Virus record (IMG/VR): IMGVR_UViG_3300016265_000676
Span: 1 to 33,247 of that record
Direction: 5' to 3' (one strand)
DNA length: 33,247 nt
From: a virus
Lineage: Duplodnaviria > Caudoviricetes
This document shows, piece after piece, positions 22,258 to 32,397 of the stretch (within the stretch, counting starts at the first letter, position 1; each line of letters begins with the position of its first letter). The translations under genes were made by a program, and so were the position numbers. Below the pieces are notes generated by a model, which did not search any database, was not told the origin of the DNA, and saw nothing but the letters and a program-made list of their open reading frames with translations.

Positions 22258-23684
22258 GCGACCCCCTGTTCGGCCTCGACCAGCGCGCCGAAGACCGCGA
22301 ACCTGACCGGATCGGTCATGGAGATTTCCCAGACGCGGTTTCGACCCATGCCCAGGCGCCAGAACACGCAGCGGCTGGCATATTCGCCCTGCTGGCCGAC
22401 CGTGGCCGTGCGCTCGTTGCTCCAGGTGTGGCCGCCGTCGTTGGAGTAGCGCAGCATCAGCACCGGGCTGGCGCCCTGGCCGCTTTCCGTGCCTACGCCA
22501 GTCTCCATGTCGATTTGCAGCATGGAGTAGAACAGCCGGTATTGCTGCTGCTCGATGGTTGGCGCCGCGCGGATGCGCTTGATCGGGTCGGCGTCGTCAA
22601 GGAAGTAATCCAGGTCAAGCACGTACAGGCGCCCGTCCTCCCAGTCGCCCACCAGATGCTGGCCGCCCAGCATGACATGCGCATGGGCCCGCCAGCGCCC
22701 CAGCTCGGCCGTGCTAGGGCTGAGCCAGGCGCGCTCGTGCCACAGCTGCGTGGCCACGTCGTAGACCCAGGTGGCGCCTGCGCTGGGGAAGATCAGCACG
22801 TAGAAGCCGTGCCCTTCCTGCTGGTAGGTGAAAGCCACCGCATCGGCAATGTAGCCGTAGCCGCTGATAGCCTTTTCGACCGCGTGGGTGGAGATGCGCA
22901 CCGGCGTGTATCCCTCTGCGCGCCACACGATGCCGCTGCCACGGTCGTCGGCACCCAACCAGAAGACGGTGTTGTCCAGCTTGGATACGCTGGCCGCCGC
23001 CGCGCAACCATGTTCGATGAAGGCGTTTCCGCTGCGCTCGAACGGAAAGTCGGCGTTGCCGGTGTTGACCCAGATCTCGGCGGATGTGTCGCCAAACAGC
23101 CACAGCTCGCGGTGGTCGGAGATCAGGCCGATGGTGTTGTCGGGCGCACCCTCGGCGCTGGCAAAGTCCAGCCCATCCCAGGCCGAGCCGTTGAGCAGGC
23201 CTGAGATGTAGAACTTCTGCGAGTTGTCGCCGGCCACGATGAAGTAGCCGTCCTGGTAGGTCGCTCGCCTGACCCCGTTCGGAAAGTCCGGGTCGGTGAT
23301 CTGCGTGACGGTGTTCGCTGTCGTGTTGATGAGGTAGCCGGCCGATCCGTCCACCAGGATGATTTCCGTGCCGTTGGACGCCATCGAGACCGTATCAGAC
23401 ACGGTGCCAATGGTGCCGATGGTGGTCACGGCGTAGGCGACCGAGACCTTGTAGACCGTGTCGCCCGCCACGACCCAGGCATAGCCCTTCTCGGCAATCG
23501 CGCCCCGGCAGCCGCCAGTCGGCAGCGTGGCAACCTTGCGCAGGCCTGGCGTTCCGTACAGTGCGGAAGGCGCGCGGCTGGAGGTCGGGTCGATCTCGAC
23601 ATAGCAATTGACGGCGCGTTGCGCATCGGCGTTCAGGCTGCGCGCCTGGTAGCTCGGGCCGACGAATGGAACAGGCTTTCTCAT
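22254..23684 (-). CDS. Packaged DNA stabilization/tail hub protein (P22 gp10-like)
   Basis: LYGTPGL, FASAEGAPD, TWVYDVATQLWHER, YSNDGGHTWSNER, WRLGMGRNRVWEI. Confidence 0.85.
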   Translation of the reverse strand: MRKPVPFVGPSYQARSLNADAQRAVNCYVEIDPTSSRAPSALYGTPGLRKVATLPTGGCRGAIAEKGYAWVVAGDTVYKVSVAYAVTTIGTIGTVSDTVSMASNGTEIILVDGSAGYLINTTANTVTQITDPDFPNGVRRATYQDGYFIVAGDNSQKFYISGLLNGSAWDGLDFASAEGAPDNTIGLISDHRELWLFGDTSAEIWVNTGNADFPFERSGNAFIEHGCAAAASVSKLDNTVFWLGADDRGSGIVWRAEGYTPVRISTHAVEKAISGYGYIADAVAFTYQQEGHGFYVLIFPSAGATWVYDVATQLWHERAWLSPSTAELGRWRAHAHVMLGGQHLVGDWEDGRLYVLDLDYFLDDADPIKRIRAAPTIEQQQYRLFYSMLQIDMETGVGTESGQGASPVLMLRYSNDGGHTWSNERTATVGQQGEYASRCVFWRLGMGRNRVWEISMTDPVRFAVFGALVEAEQGVA

Positions 23685-24367
23685 ACGCCACTCATGAATC
23701 TGGCAATCGGGCTGAAACCGCGCCGGTTGGTCTCCAGCTGCGGCACGTCGACGTTGGTGCGCCGGATCGCCTTGCGCGCCACTGCGGCAATCTGCTCGAC
23801 CTTGGGTGGCACGGCGCGCACGCCGCCACACAGCTCCTCGGCCAGCGTGTAGGCAATCGCCTTGCGGTAGCCGGGCGCCAGGGTGTAGTCGGTGGTCAGG
23901 TCGGCGAACTCGCTCAATTGATGCTGCAGTTGCAAGTGCAGCTCGGCGCCAGTTGCCGGGTACGGCCAAAAGTAGATATTGCCGGTCGGCATGTTCTGGT
24001 CGTAATAGCCGTACGCTGTCACCGTGGATGTCACCTGCTTGTAGGCAATGTCGTTGTATTCCTCGCGGGTGATCCACTGGATCGGGAAGTCGACGTTGTT
24101 GTATCGGATGAACGACCCGTCCTCCACGGCGACGGGACGGGCCACGTTGATGGTCTGGCCGGGGCCAATCGTGATCGGCAGGCCGGAGACCGTCTGCACC
24201 AGCTCATTGACCGACACGATGTACAGACGCTGTGTGTTCCAGCTGTCGATCAGGTCGTTAAGCGCATCCAGTGCGGCAGACGCTTCGGCGCCGCTGACGG
24301 CCTGGTTCGGGTCTTTCATCCCGGCCAGCTGGTAGGCGCGCTCAATGAGTTGGTTGGCTGTGGTCAT
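23681..24367 (-). CDS. Head-tail adaptor (P22 gp4-like)
   Basis: TANQLIERAY...ALDALNDLIDSW...GYRKAIAYTLAEEL; synteny. Confidence 0.75.
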   Translation of the reverse strand: MTTANQLIERAYQLAGMKDPNQAVSGAEASAALDALNDLIDSWNTQRLYIVSVNELVQTVSGLPITIGPGQTINVARPVAVEDGSFIRYNNVDFPIQWITREEYNDIAYKQVTSTVTAYGYYDQNMPTGNIYFWPYPATGAELHLQLQHQLSEFADLTTDYTLAPGYRKAIAYTLAEELCGGVRAVPPKVEQIAAVARKAIRRTNVDVPQLETNRRGFSPIARFMSGV

Positions 24368-24576
24368 CGCGGTTCGGAATCTGTTTTTCGCGGCCTGCCG
24401 CGTTTCTTGGGCGACTCGGCAGGCGCGTCGTCCTGCGGGTCCTTCTCAGGCTCGGACAGCATCCGGTAGCCCTCTTCTCGTGCCTGCGCCTCTTGCTCGG
24501 CGTCGTGGACGATGACGCTGGCGTCCAGGTCGTCCCAACCCTTGAGGTACAGGGATTTCGGGTATTCGATAAACAT
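24364..24576 (-). CDS. Small head-associated protein
   Basis: EYPK...IVHDAEQE...KKRGRPRK, directly after the coat gene. Confidence 0.65.
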   Translation of the reverse strand: MFIEYPKSLYLKGWDDLDASVIVHDAEQEAQAREEGYRMLSEPEKDPQDDAPAESPKKRGRPRKTDSEPR

Positions 24577-24577
24577 G

Positions 24578-24606
24578 AAAAAACCCCACGGCTTTTGACC
24601 GCGGGG
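24578..24606 (-). terminator. Terminator after the major capsid gene
   Basis: CCCCGCGG-loop-CCGTGGGG-T6. Confidence 0.7.
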
Positions 24607-24617
24607 CCCTTGCGAGC

Positions 24618-25808
24618 TTAGTTGCTCAGGATGCGGCAGGCCATCTCGGGGCGGATGGTCTTGTAGCCGTACAGCACATCAATCCGGCACGGGATGGTGT
24701 CGCTGTTGATCGCGTATTGGCGAGCAATCCGCAGGCTGATGCCATCGAACACTTCGCGCGCACCCCAGGCGCCGTACTTCGACACGTCTTCCAGGTCGAC
24801 GGTGGCAAAGGTGAAGGCGTTCTGGTGGAAGGCCAGCGACGGCTTGTAGACCGCCGAGGCGCCACCGACCTTGGTCACGGCGCCACCGTTGGTCGGCGAA
24901 GCGGACACGTTCTGGCGGCCGCCCGAGGTCACGATGGCCGGGGAGATGGCCAGGGTGCCCGCGCCGCCAGCGTAGTCGGCGGTCACGACGAAGGACTGCA
25001 GCACGCCGGTGTCGGCCTTCGTCTCCGGATGGACACGGTTACAGCCGGCGAAGGTCACGATGTCACCCTTCTTGAAGGTGGTCGAGCCGGTTGCGACCAC
25101 CACGCCGGAGCCGGTCTGGCTTGCGCCGTTGACGGTGTAGGTCGTGGCCGATGCGGCGGTGCCGGTGGTCTGCGAGGGCAGCAGGGTGTTCTCGTAGATG
25201 TCACCGAAGCCGGCGGTGCGGCCCACCATGCCGTCGCGGTACTGCTTGGCGATCTCGTTGCTGTCCTGGAACAGGCCCTTCAGGCCGTCCACCAGGTCGA
25301 GGTTGTCCTGAGTGTTCAGGATCAGGCGGCGCTTGTCGCCCGGCACCAGGTTGTCGGTCAGCACCTTGCGCGCGCCCAGCACCTTGTTCAGGGTGATGGC
25401 CGAGCCAACGTTGTTGACGTTGTTGTAGACGTCCAGCGCCATGTTGAAGGCGTCGGCCTCGATGTTGGCCGCCAGGACGGCCATGGCCGGCTCCAGGATG
25501 CGGTCGGCGAAGTCGTCCAGGCTCATGGTCAGCTCGGCAGAGGTGAACGTGGTGTCCACGCCCTTCTGCGTCGCCACCTGCAGCGTGGTGCTGGATTCTG
25601 CGGTGTCCTGGGTGCTGATGGATGCGCCGGTGCGGACGGTGTACTGGTTCGGCAGGCGGATCTTGATCGAGTCACCGATGCGCGCGCCGGTCTGGGCGAA
25701 CGAGTCGTCGTACTGGCGGTTGACGTTGCCGACGAAGTTCAGCTTCTGGTGCAGGATCTGCAGCGCCTTGCGGGTCACTGCGGTGGGGGTAAGAATGGAG
25801 TTAGCCAT
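24618..25808 (-). CDS. Major capsid protein (P22 gp5-like)
   Basis: MANSILTPTAVTRKALQIL...IGDSIKIRLP...RIDVLYGYKTIRPEMACRI. Confidence 0.9.
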   Translation of the reverse strand: MANSILTPTAVTRKALQILHQKLNFVGNVNRQYDDSFAQTGARIGDSIKIRLPNQYTVRTGASISTQDTAESSTTLQVATQKGVDTTFTSAELTMSLDDFADRILEPAMAVLAANIEADAFNMALDVYNNVNNVGSAITLNKVLGARKVLTDNLVPGDKRRLILNTQDNLDLVDGLKGLFQDSNEIAKQYRDGMVGRTAGFGDIYENTLLPSQTTGTAASATTYTVNGASQTGSGVVVATGSTTFKKGDIVTFAGCNRVHPETKADTGVLQSFVVTADYAGGAGTLAISPAIVTSGGRQNVSASPTNGGAVTKVGGASAVYKPSLAFHQNAFTFATVDLEDVSKYGAWGAREVFDGISLRIARQYAINSDTIPCRIDVLYGYKTIRPEMACRILSN

Positions 25809-25822
25809 TTTGCCGCTCTTTC

Positions 25823-25850
25823 AAAAAACGAAACCCGCTCGATGGCGGGT
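25823..25850 (-). terminator. Terminator-like hairpin between scaffold and coat genes
   Basis: ACCCGC-CATCGA-GCGGGT then TTCGTTTTTT. Confidence 0.55.
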
Positions 25851-25870
25851 CTTGGACGGGGTGGATAGCC

Positions 25871-26638
25871 TTATCGACGGCTGATGCGCTCGCGTTCCTT
25901 GCGCATCCAGGTGGCAATGTCGTCGTCGTCGCTCGGATTGGATGACGTGGACGACTTCGACCTGGAGCCGACCGGGTTGATCGGCTCGGGCGCCTTCGAT
26001 GGCTGGGCTCTGGGTTTGCTCGCCAGCTCGGTTTCAATCCGTGCCAGTTCGCGTGCGGCCTTGATCGGAGACATGCGCGAGATGTCGGCGGCCTTGCTGG
26101 GGTTCTTGCCCAGGTAGTAGGCAAGGTCGGGCCCCAGTTCGGATTCGCTGATGAATTCCGCCATGCCCTCGTTGATCGGCAGGTTCGGGTTGCTCACCAC
26201 AGCCTGAAAGTCGGCATAGCGCTCGGCGGCCTTTTCTGCACGCTCCTGGAAGGCTTCCGCCATCCGTTCGGCCTGCTCGGCTTTCTGGCGCTCTGCCAGC
26301 TTCTGCTGGGCTCGCAGCTCGGCTGCATGCTCGATCTGGGCCTGGAGGTAGGCTTCATCGTCCTTGAACGACTCGCGCTGCGGTGCCACCGCAGTTCGGG
26401 CGCTCTGCAGCTGCTCGCGCAACTGGCGCTCGATGCGGCGCTGCTCCTTGACCAGCCGCTTCTGGATCGCCGCATCCAACTCAGCTTGAGTGAATGTGCG
26501 CTCCTTCGCCTGCTCTTGCTTGTCCACCTCACCGTCGGCAGCAGTGACCGTCTCGGGGGTGTTGGGTTCCTCGGTTTTAGCGTTGTCGAGTTCAACGGAT
26601 GCGGGCAAGCCCGCCATTTCTATCGGCTCAGTGCTCAT
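25871..26638 (-). CDS. Capsid scaffolding protein
   Basis: Acidic coiled coil; GPDLAYYLGKNP...SKAPEPINPV; directly upstream of the coat gene. Confidence 0.8.
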   Translation of the reverse strand: MSTEPIEMAGLPASVELDNAKTEEPNTPETVTAADGEVDKQEQAKERTFTQAELDAAIQKRLVKEQRRIERQLREQLQSARTAVAPQRESFKDDEAYLQAQIEHAAELRAQQKLAERQKAEQAERMAEAFQERAEKAAERYADFQAVVSNPNLPINEGMAEFISESELGPDLAYYLGKNPSKAADISRMSPIKAARELARIETELASKPRAQPSKAPEPINPVGSRSKSSTSSNPSDDDDIATWMRKERERISRR

Positions 26639-26685
26639 CGTTTCGAGTGCTGATAACCCTGCCAGACCGGACAGGTGCGGTTTTT

Positions 26686-28029
26686 TCAGAGCAGCTGCGC
26701 CATCACGCGCATGATCTGCTCGTCTTCATCGGCCTGGCGGATCTCGTCCACCAGGTTACGAAAAAAGGTTTCGTAGGCGGCGCGGGTCTCGCGCTTCCTG
26801 CGGTCGATGGCGCCGAAGTCCGGCGGCTCGACGGATGTCGCCGGCTGCACGACGGCCGCCTGCGCCGCCTCCTCGATGGCCTGCGCCACCTCGGGGGCCT
26901 CTTCCTCGATCTGCCTGAGCCGGCGCCGGGTGGGCGGACTCAGCAGCGCATGCCAGGCGGTGCCGGGCGCCGCCCAGCCATGCACCATCTGCATGCCGAC
27001 GGCCATCTCGGCGCGCTGGCCCTGCATCCGGTACTGTCCGGGTTCTGCGGTCAGCGCATAGCTGGTTCCGCTGCCAGGGGTGTACCTGGTCAGCGTGGCC
27101 GGCTGGCCGGACAGGCTGTAGGCGCCGGCAGAGGCCGACAAAGCGCGGCCCAGCTTCAGCGTGGCGCTGGAGCCCGCCAGGCTCAGGGAGCCCGCCGAGC
27201 CCGTCAGGCTGCGCGCCGCCTTGAGCGTGGATGCCAAGCCGGTCAGCGCGTAGCTGCCGGCCTGCGCGGTGAGGCTCTGGCCGGCTGGAGCCGACGCCGG
27301 GGCCCAGATCCGGCGCGACATCGGCTTGAAAATCTGCCAGGGGTTGTCGGACAGCGCCCGGATCTCGGCTTCGGACAAGGCGCGGTCATAGAGCAGGATG
27401 ATCGGCGCAATCCCGTACCAGCTGTAGTTCTGGGCCGAGGCGCTGACGGTGCCCGAGTTCAAACTGCCGAAGGCTTTGGTGGAGGCGGGGGCCGCGCCAT
27501 CGGCCACCTTGACGCCATCCAGATAGGCCTTGAGGTTGCTGCCGGCATAGGCCATGGCCAGCGTGCGCTTGACCCCGACCGGGAATGTCGCAGCAGGGCC
27601 GCCGGTGACGTTGGTACGGGTGCCGGCAGAACTCCAGATACTGAAGTAACTGAACGATGTGCCGGCCTCGTAGATCAGGGCTGGGGCGCCCGCACTATCG
27701 GCGACTCCGCCGGCGATATACCATGTGGTCGCCGCGGTGGCGGTGGCGGTGCCATGGATGACCAGGGTCGCCGCGCTGCGTGCCACCTGTTCCAGCGCCA
27801 CCGAGTCCTGGTCGGTGACGCTGGTGTGGCGGCGTCCTCGAAAGCCGGTGATCTGGTCGATGGTGGCCGCGTTTTCCCGCGTGACCGGCTTACCGCGCAG
27901 AGAGACCTTGCCCTGGCCGAAATCAACCAGGCCGTCGAGCAGGCCGCGCGTCAGCGGGTTGGACCAGTCGACCTGGGCGGGCTGCTGCGGCTGGACGACG
28001 CGCCGGGAGGGCAGGATCAGGGCGGCCAT
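26686..28029 (-). CDS. Virion-associated protein with LamG/ConA-like domain and 22-aa repeats
   Basis: KAYLDGVKV...LYDRALSEAEIRALSDNPW; four xLTAxAGSYxLxG repeats; acidic tail DEDEQIMRVMAQLL. Confidence 0.65.
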   Translation of the reverse strand: MAALILPSRRVVQPQQPAQVDWSNPLTRGLLDGLVDFGQGKVSLRGKPVTRENAATIDQITGFRGRRHTSVTDQDSVALEQVARSAATLVIHGTATATAATTWYIAGGVADSAGAPALIYEAGTSFSYFSIWSSAGTRTNVTGGPAATFPVGVKRTLAMAYAGSNLKAYLDGVKVADGAAPASTKAFGSLNSGTVSASAQNYSWYGIAPIILLYDRALSEAEIRALSDNPWQIFKPMSRRIWAPASAPAGQSLTAQAGSYALTGLASTLKAARSLTGSAGSLSLAGSSATLKLGRALSASAGAYSLSGQPATLTRYTPGSGTSYALTAEPGQYRMQGQRAEMAVGMQMVHGWAAPGTAWHALLSPPTRRRLRQIEEEAPEVAQAIEEAAQAAVVQPATSVEPPDFGAIDRRKRETRAAYETFFRNLVDEIRQADEDEQIMRVMAQLL

Positions 28030-28046
28030 GCTGGGTCAGGCTCCGA

Positions 28047-28499
28047 TCAGGCCGAGACGCCGGTGAATTGCGTGAAGTAGACGCTGTTTCCGCTGGCGGC
28101 CAGTGCTGCGCCGGTGTCGTTCTTGATGACGACCTTCATGTAGGGCGGCACAAAACCGATGGCTGCCATGACGCTGAAGGCGCCGCGCTGCTGGGTGGCG
28201 TTGGTGTTGAGCGGCAGGGCGCCCAGGAAGCGCAGGTTGGGCTCGTCGTTGGCGCCGGTGCCGCTCTCCGGTCCGGTGCTGTAGTTCGTGCCGTCCATGC
28301 TGGTCTTGAGGAAGACCACGGCCTGCTTGTTGCCGGCCACGGTGCCCGGGGTGATTTCGACCTCGATCACGACGTCCAGTGGGTCCGTGGCGTTGACGTC
28401 GATGGTGCCGGCGCTGACGTAGGTCGCGCTGGCCAGAGAATTGAGCGCGGTCGTCGTGAGCGTCGTGCGGCTGCCTGCTGCTGCGGTGATCGTTGCCAT
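28047..28499 (-). CDS. Putative virion beta-sandwich protein
   Basis: MATITAAAGS...PPYMKVVIKNDTGAALAASGN; in the late operon. Confidence 0.65.
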   Translation of the reverse strand: MATITAAAGSRTTLTTTALNSLASATYVSAGTIDVNATDPLDVVIEVEITPGTVAGNKQAVVFLKTSMDGTNYSTGPESGTGANDEPNLRFLGALPLNTNATQQRGAFSVMAAIGFVPPYMKVVIKNDTGAALAASGNSVYFTQFTGVSA

Positions 28500-28501
28500 G
28501 G

Positions 28502-28915
28502 TCAGCTCGCCGTGAACACGTTGCCGCTGAACGTGAAGGTGAAGGTGTCGCCGTTGGCCAGCGAGATGCTGGAGCCGTAGTCCCACTGCGCCACCGGCAC
28601 GCCCTGGGTGGTGTTCCACAGCACGGCGTAACGGAACGGGCCGACCGAGCCGCCCGAGGCGGTCCATGTGGACGGATTGGACAGCGCGAACGTGTAGGTG
28701 CCCGCAGTCTGCGAGGCAGTCGTCACAGTGCAGGCGTTGCCGCCCGCTGTGTAGCCGTTGCCCGTGGCCAGGTCGTCGGTGCCGGCCACGAACGCGGTCT
28801 TGCCGCTGGCGTCGGCGTTGGTCAGCGCCACCTTCCACGAGTCGGAGCCGACGTTGATGCCTTCCAGCAGCGGCTCGATGGCGGCGGTGCATTTGGTGTA
28901 GCTTGCGGTGGGCAT
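28502..28915 (-). CDS. Putative virion structural protein
   Basis: GNGYTAGG...WTASGGSVGPFRYAVLWN...WDYGSSISLANGDTFT. Confidence 0.7.
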   Translation of the reverse strand: MPTASYTKCTAAIEPLLEGINVGSDSWKVALTNADASGKTAFVAGTDDLATGNGYTAGGNACTVTTASQTAGTYTFALSNPSTWTASGGSVGPFRYAVLWNTTQGVPVAQWDYGSSISLANGDTFTFTFSGNVFTAS

Positions 28916-28918
28916 GTC

Positions 28919-31183
28919 TTAGCTCTCGATTCGGTGGCCGCTGAACGATCCGTCCGGGTTCTTGGTGATCTGGATCTGAGCGTTGCGCGGCTGCGCCAGG
29001 CGCTCGGACAACTGCTGGATGGCCTGCACATTGGCCTGCAGCAGCTCCTGCACGGTCGGGCCCGCCGGGGCCTGCGGCTCCTCGGGCATCTCCATGCCTG
29101 TCGGATCGGCGTGCTCGGGCTCCTGGGCCTCGTGCTCCCGCAGGTCTTCCACGACCGCCTGCGCCGGGCTCGGCGTGGCCATCGTTTCCTGCAGCGTCTG
29201 CATCACGAGTGCATGAACCTGCTCGGGCGTCATCGCCGCATTGGCGCTCACGGCCTGGATGCGCTTGGTCTCGGCGTCATAGGCCTTGATCATTTGCTCG
29301 TTGAGCTTGATTTCGCGGTCCTGCTCCAGCTCGTCAACCTGCTTGGACGCATTCACCAGGGCCTCTTGCATTTGCTGCATCTGCTGTTGCATCTGCTGCA
29401 TGGCCTGCTGGATCTGCGGGGGCACCTCGGGGGCGCCGCCTTCATCCTGCTCGATTTCCTGGCGCACCTCGGGCAACAGCACCATCTTTAGTCGCTTGGC
29501 CATGTCCTCGGCGCCCGGCCAGTCCATGTTCTTGACCAGCTGGTCACCGATGACTTGCCACAGCTGCGGGTTGGCCTGCGTCATGGCCGTCATGGCGTCC
29601 ACCGCCTCCATGCGGCGGGTCGTGAAGCTCGGGCCGCTGGTGGTGTAGACGTCGTAGTGCCCGATGTTCGGGTTGAAGATGCGCTTGATCTCGCCTTGCT
29701 CGTCCTTCCACTCGGTCAGCGCCTCGGGGTGGTTCGGGTCCAGCGTGGCATTGGCCAGCGATCCGTCCTCGCCCAGGATGCGCGCGACACGCTGAGTGTC
29801 GTAGATGCGCGGGATCATGTCCAGGATGATGCGGCCGATGTGACGGATCGCGCGGCCCAGGTTGTCGACGTAGTGGTAGGTGGCGTTGTCGCCCTCGCGC
29901 TGGCGCGCCATGATGGCGCGGCCAGAGGTCTCGTTGGAACGCTGACCCAGGCTGGCGTCGTACTGGCCGGTCTCGGCCTTGATGTCTTCGCTCGCACCCG
30001 TCGCAATTTGATTCAAGCCCGGTTCGACCGTGGCCGGCGCCATGCGCTGCGGCACCGGGATCGGCGTGCCGTTCTCGTCCACATGGTTGTAGGGCAGGAA
30101 TGCGTGATTGGCCGTGTTGGCGGTCTGCCAGACCTTCTCGTAGCCTTCCACCGCCTCGGCTGGCGTCAGCCAGGGTGCCTTGGGGGCCTGCATCACGCGC
30201 TCGACGATGGCCGACTGGGCCACGTTGTACATGCGCTGCGAGTCCTTGGCGTTGCGCACCAGGCCGCTGATGTAGGTCTTGCCGTCCACCGTCCACTCGT
30301 TGCCGATCACGCGCGCGACCGGAATGTGGCGGCAGGGAAACTCGCGCTCTTCCAGGATCTCCTTGCCGGTGATCTTGCGCCACTTCACGCAGCGCTTCTT
30401 GCTGGTGCGGGTCTTGATCGGCAGCTCGCCCATCAGCACACCCTGCGGCAGCGGGTCGCCCTCCCAGGAAGTCTCGCCGTTGGACCACAGCATCAGCTTG
30501 GCGTCGCGGTCCTGCACCTCGAAATACTCGGCGACGCGGATTTTGCGGTCGCCGGTGAACCAGTCGGAGTTCGTGTCGAACGCCCAGTCGATGGGCTCGG
30601 CCTTCGGGTACTGCGCCTTGAACTCTTCCTCGCTCAGGCTGTCCTCGATGAAGAACCACTTGCGGTCGGCGCCTGCCGGGTCTTCGGCGTCCGGGTCGTC
30701 GTAGCACTTGAACGGGTCTTTCACCCGCGCAATGAAGATGTCCTGGTCGAAGGAATCCTCGGACACGTAGTCGGCCAGCACGCGGATGTAGCCCAGGCCG
30801 TGCGTGACCTGCTGCTCGGCGGCGGTGTCGTAGGCCACGTCCGCGTCGGAGTTGGCCTCGATGTGGCGCGCCAGGCCCATCAGGATGTCGGCCACCTCGG
30901 GGTCGGCCTTGTCGTCGGCGGGACGGTAACGGATCGCCGGACGGTTCTGCCGGATGTCGTTGGTGACCTGGCGGATGTGCTGCGGCAGCTTGTTGATGGT
31001 CAGGATCGGACGCATGGCCAGCTTGCGGCCGTTGACATCCATCTCGTCCCACTGCCACGGGTCATCGGGCGAGGCGGCGGCAAACCGAATATCCGCTTTC
31101 GCTTTGTCGCGGTTGTGGCTGCTCGCTTCGAGCGAGTAGTCAAACCGTTTCTTGGCGGTTTGCAGGATTTCGTCGTTCGTCAT
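28919..31183 (-). CDS. Portal protein (P22-like)
   Basis: RPILTINKLPQHIRQVTND, GLVRNAKDSQRMYN, ETSGRAIMARQREGD, GPSFTTRR. Confidence 0.92.
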   Translation of the reverse strand: MTNDEILQTAKKRFDYSLEASSHNRDKAKADIRFAAASPDDPWQWDEMDVNGRKLAMRPILTINKLPQHIRQVTNDIRQNRPAIRYRPADDKADPEVADILMGLARHIEANSDADVAYDTAAEQQVTHGLGYIRVLADYVSEDSFDQDIFIARVKDPFKCYDDPDAEDPAGADRKWFFIEDSLSEEEFKAQYPKAEPIDWAFDTNSDWFTGDRKIRVAEYFEVQDRDAKLMLWSNGETSWEGDPLPQGVLMGELPIKTRTSKKRCVKWRKITGKEILEEREFPCRHIPVARVIGNEWTVDGKTYISGLVRNAKDSQRMYNVAQSAIVERVMQAPKAPWLTPAEAVEGYEKVWQTANTANHAFLPYNHVDENGTPIPVPQRMAPATVEPGLNQIATGASEDIKAETGQYDASLGQRSNETSGRAIMARQREGDNATYHYVDNLGRAIRHIGRIILDMIPRIYDTQRVARILGEDGSLANATLDPNHPEALTEWKDEQGEIKRIFNPNIGHYDVYTTSGPSFTTRRMEAVDAMTAMTQANPQLWQVIGDQLVKNMDWPGAEDMAKRLKMVLLPEVRQEIEQDEGGAPEVPPQIQQAMQQMQQQMQQMQEALVNASKQVDELEQDREIKLNEQMIKAYDAETKRIQAVSANAAMTPEQVHALVMQTLQETMATPSPAQAVVEDLREHEAQEPEHADPTGMEMPEEPQAPAGPTVQELLQANVQAIQQLSERLAQPRNAQIQITKNPDGSFSGHRIES

Positions 31184-32397
31184 GCTGACATCCAGCCTCC
31201 AAATGAGGCATCAGGCGTGGTTTGCAGGGGCTTGCGCTCTTTCTTGCCGGCGCGCCGGGCGCCTTCGCAGGCGTAGCGCAGCGCGTCAATGACGTGGTTG
31301 TCCTTGTCCTCCAGGACGGGCATCAACAACCCCGTCAGCGGGTCGGTCTTGTACGAGTACAGCGTCAGCTCATCGATCAGGTGCTTGCAGCGCGGATGGA
31401 CCACGATGTCAAAGCTCTTGAGGAACTCGACGCCCTCCTCCAGGCTCTTGGCCCCCTTGATCGCCGGCATGATCTTGGGAAAGCCGTTCTTCTGCATGTG
31501 GCTGATCGTCTCGGGCCGGGCCGAGTCGGCCGTGATCGGCCACTTCTCGGCATCGGGCACCGTCAGGAACAGCGCGGGCGTGTCCACGATCTCGCAGCCG
31601 ACGCGGTAGGCCTCGTGCGGCACGTACAGCTTCCTGCCCTCGATGTAGCACTGAACCAGCACCGTCGGGTCGACCGAGAAGCCCCAGTCGGCGCCCTGGC
31701 GAATCAGCGCGTCCTTCGGGACGTCGAATTCCTCGACCGTCCAGTTCTTGAACACCCGCGCCTCGCTGCTGGTCTGGTACTGGCCTTCCCAGATGTGCAG
31801 GTACTTGTCCAGGTCGCGGCGGCGGTCGTATTCCATCTCGTCGCGCAGCACTTCCGGGAACCACGGGTTGTCCTGCCAGTTCACATGCAGCAGGATCGTG
31901 TTCGGCGGCAGCTCGTCCGCCTTGAACATCACGTCAATCGGGTCCGTGGCGTGGCGCGGGTTGTAGGTGAACCAGATTTCGCTGCCAGGGGCGCGGATCG
32001 TCGGGATCAGGTCATCCAGCGACGACTGGCTGATGGTCTGGGCTTCCTCCACCCAGCAGCGCGTCACGCCCTCGATGGACTTGATCGACGCGGTGTTGTT
32101 GCGCAGGCCGGCGAAGATGAACAGGCTGCCGTTGCGGCCCCGGATCTCGTTCTCGGTGGACTCGAAGAACTCCGACAGGCCCAGGCGCTCGATCTCGTCG
32201 TCCAGCAGCCGCTTGACCGAATCCTTGATGGACTTCTGGATCTCGCGGGCGCACAGCACGCGATGCACGCCCTGCACCGCCTGGATCAGCAGCGCGGACG
32301 CCGCTGTCCGGCTTTTGGCACTGCCTCGACCGCCGCGCATCACCTTGTAGCGGGAAGGCTCCCACAGCCGCTCGGCCCAGTCAGGAAGCTGAGTCAT
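31180..32397 (-). CDS. terL: Terminase large subunit (PBSX family)
   Basis: RGGRGSAKS Walker A, WVEEAQ Walker B, GADWGFSVDP, NHVIDALRYA. Confidence 0.95.
   Translation of the reverse strand: MTQLPDWAERLWEPSRYKVMRGGRGSAKSRTAASALLIQAVQGVHRVLCAREIQKSIKDSVKRLLDDEIERLGLSEFFESTENEIRGRNGSLFIFAGLRNNTASIKSIEGVTRCWVEEAQTISQSSLDDLIPTIRAPGSEIWFTYNPRHATDPIDVMFKADELPPNTILLHVNWQDNPWFPEVLRDEMEYDRRRDLDKYLHIWEGQYQTSSEARVFKNWTVEEFDVPKDALIRQGADWGFSVDPTVLVQCYIEGRKLYVPHEAYRVGCEIVDTPALFLTVPDAEKWPITADSARPETISHMQKNGFPKIMPAIKGAKSLEEGVEFLKSFDIVVHPRCKHLIDELTLYSYKTDPLTGLLMPVLEDKDNHVIDALRYACEGARRAGKKERKPLQTTPDASFGGWMSA

Noticed and set aside
26636-26688. Stop-codon read-through fusing the LamG-like protein to the scaffold
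   Set aside because: The read-through frame meets another TGA at the scaffold start and is out of frame with it
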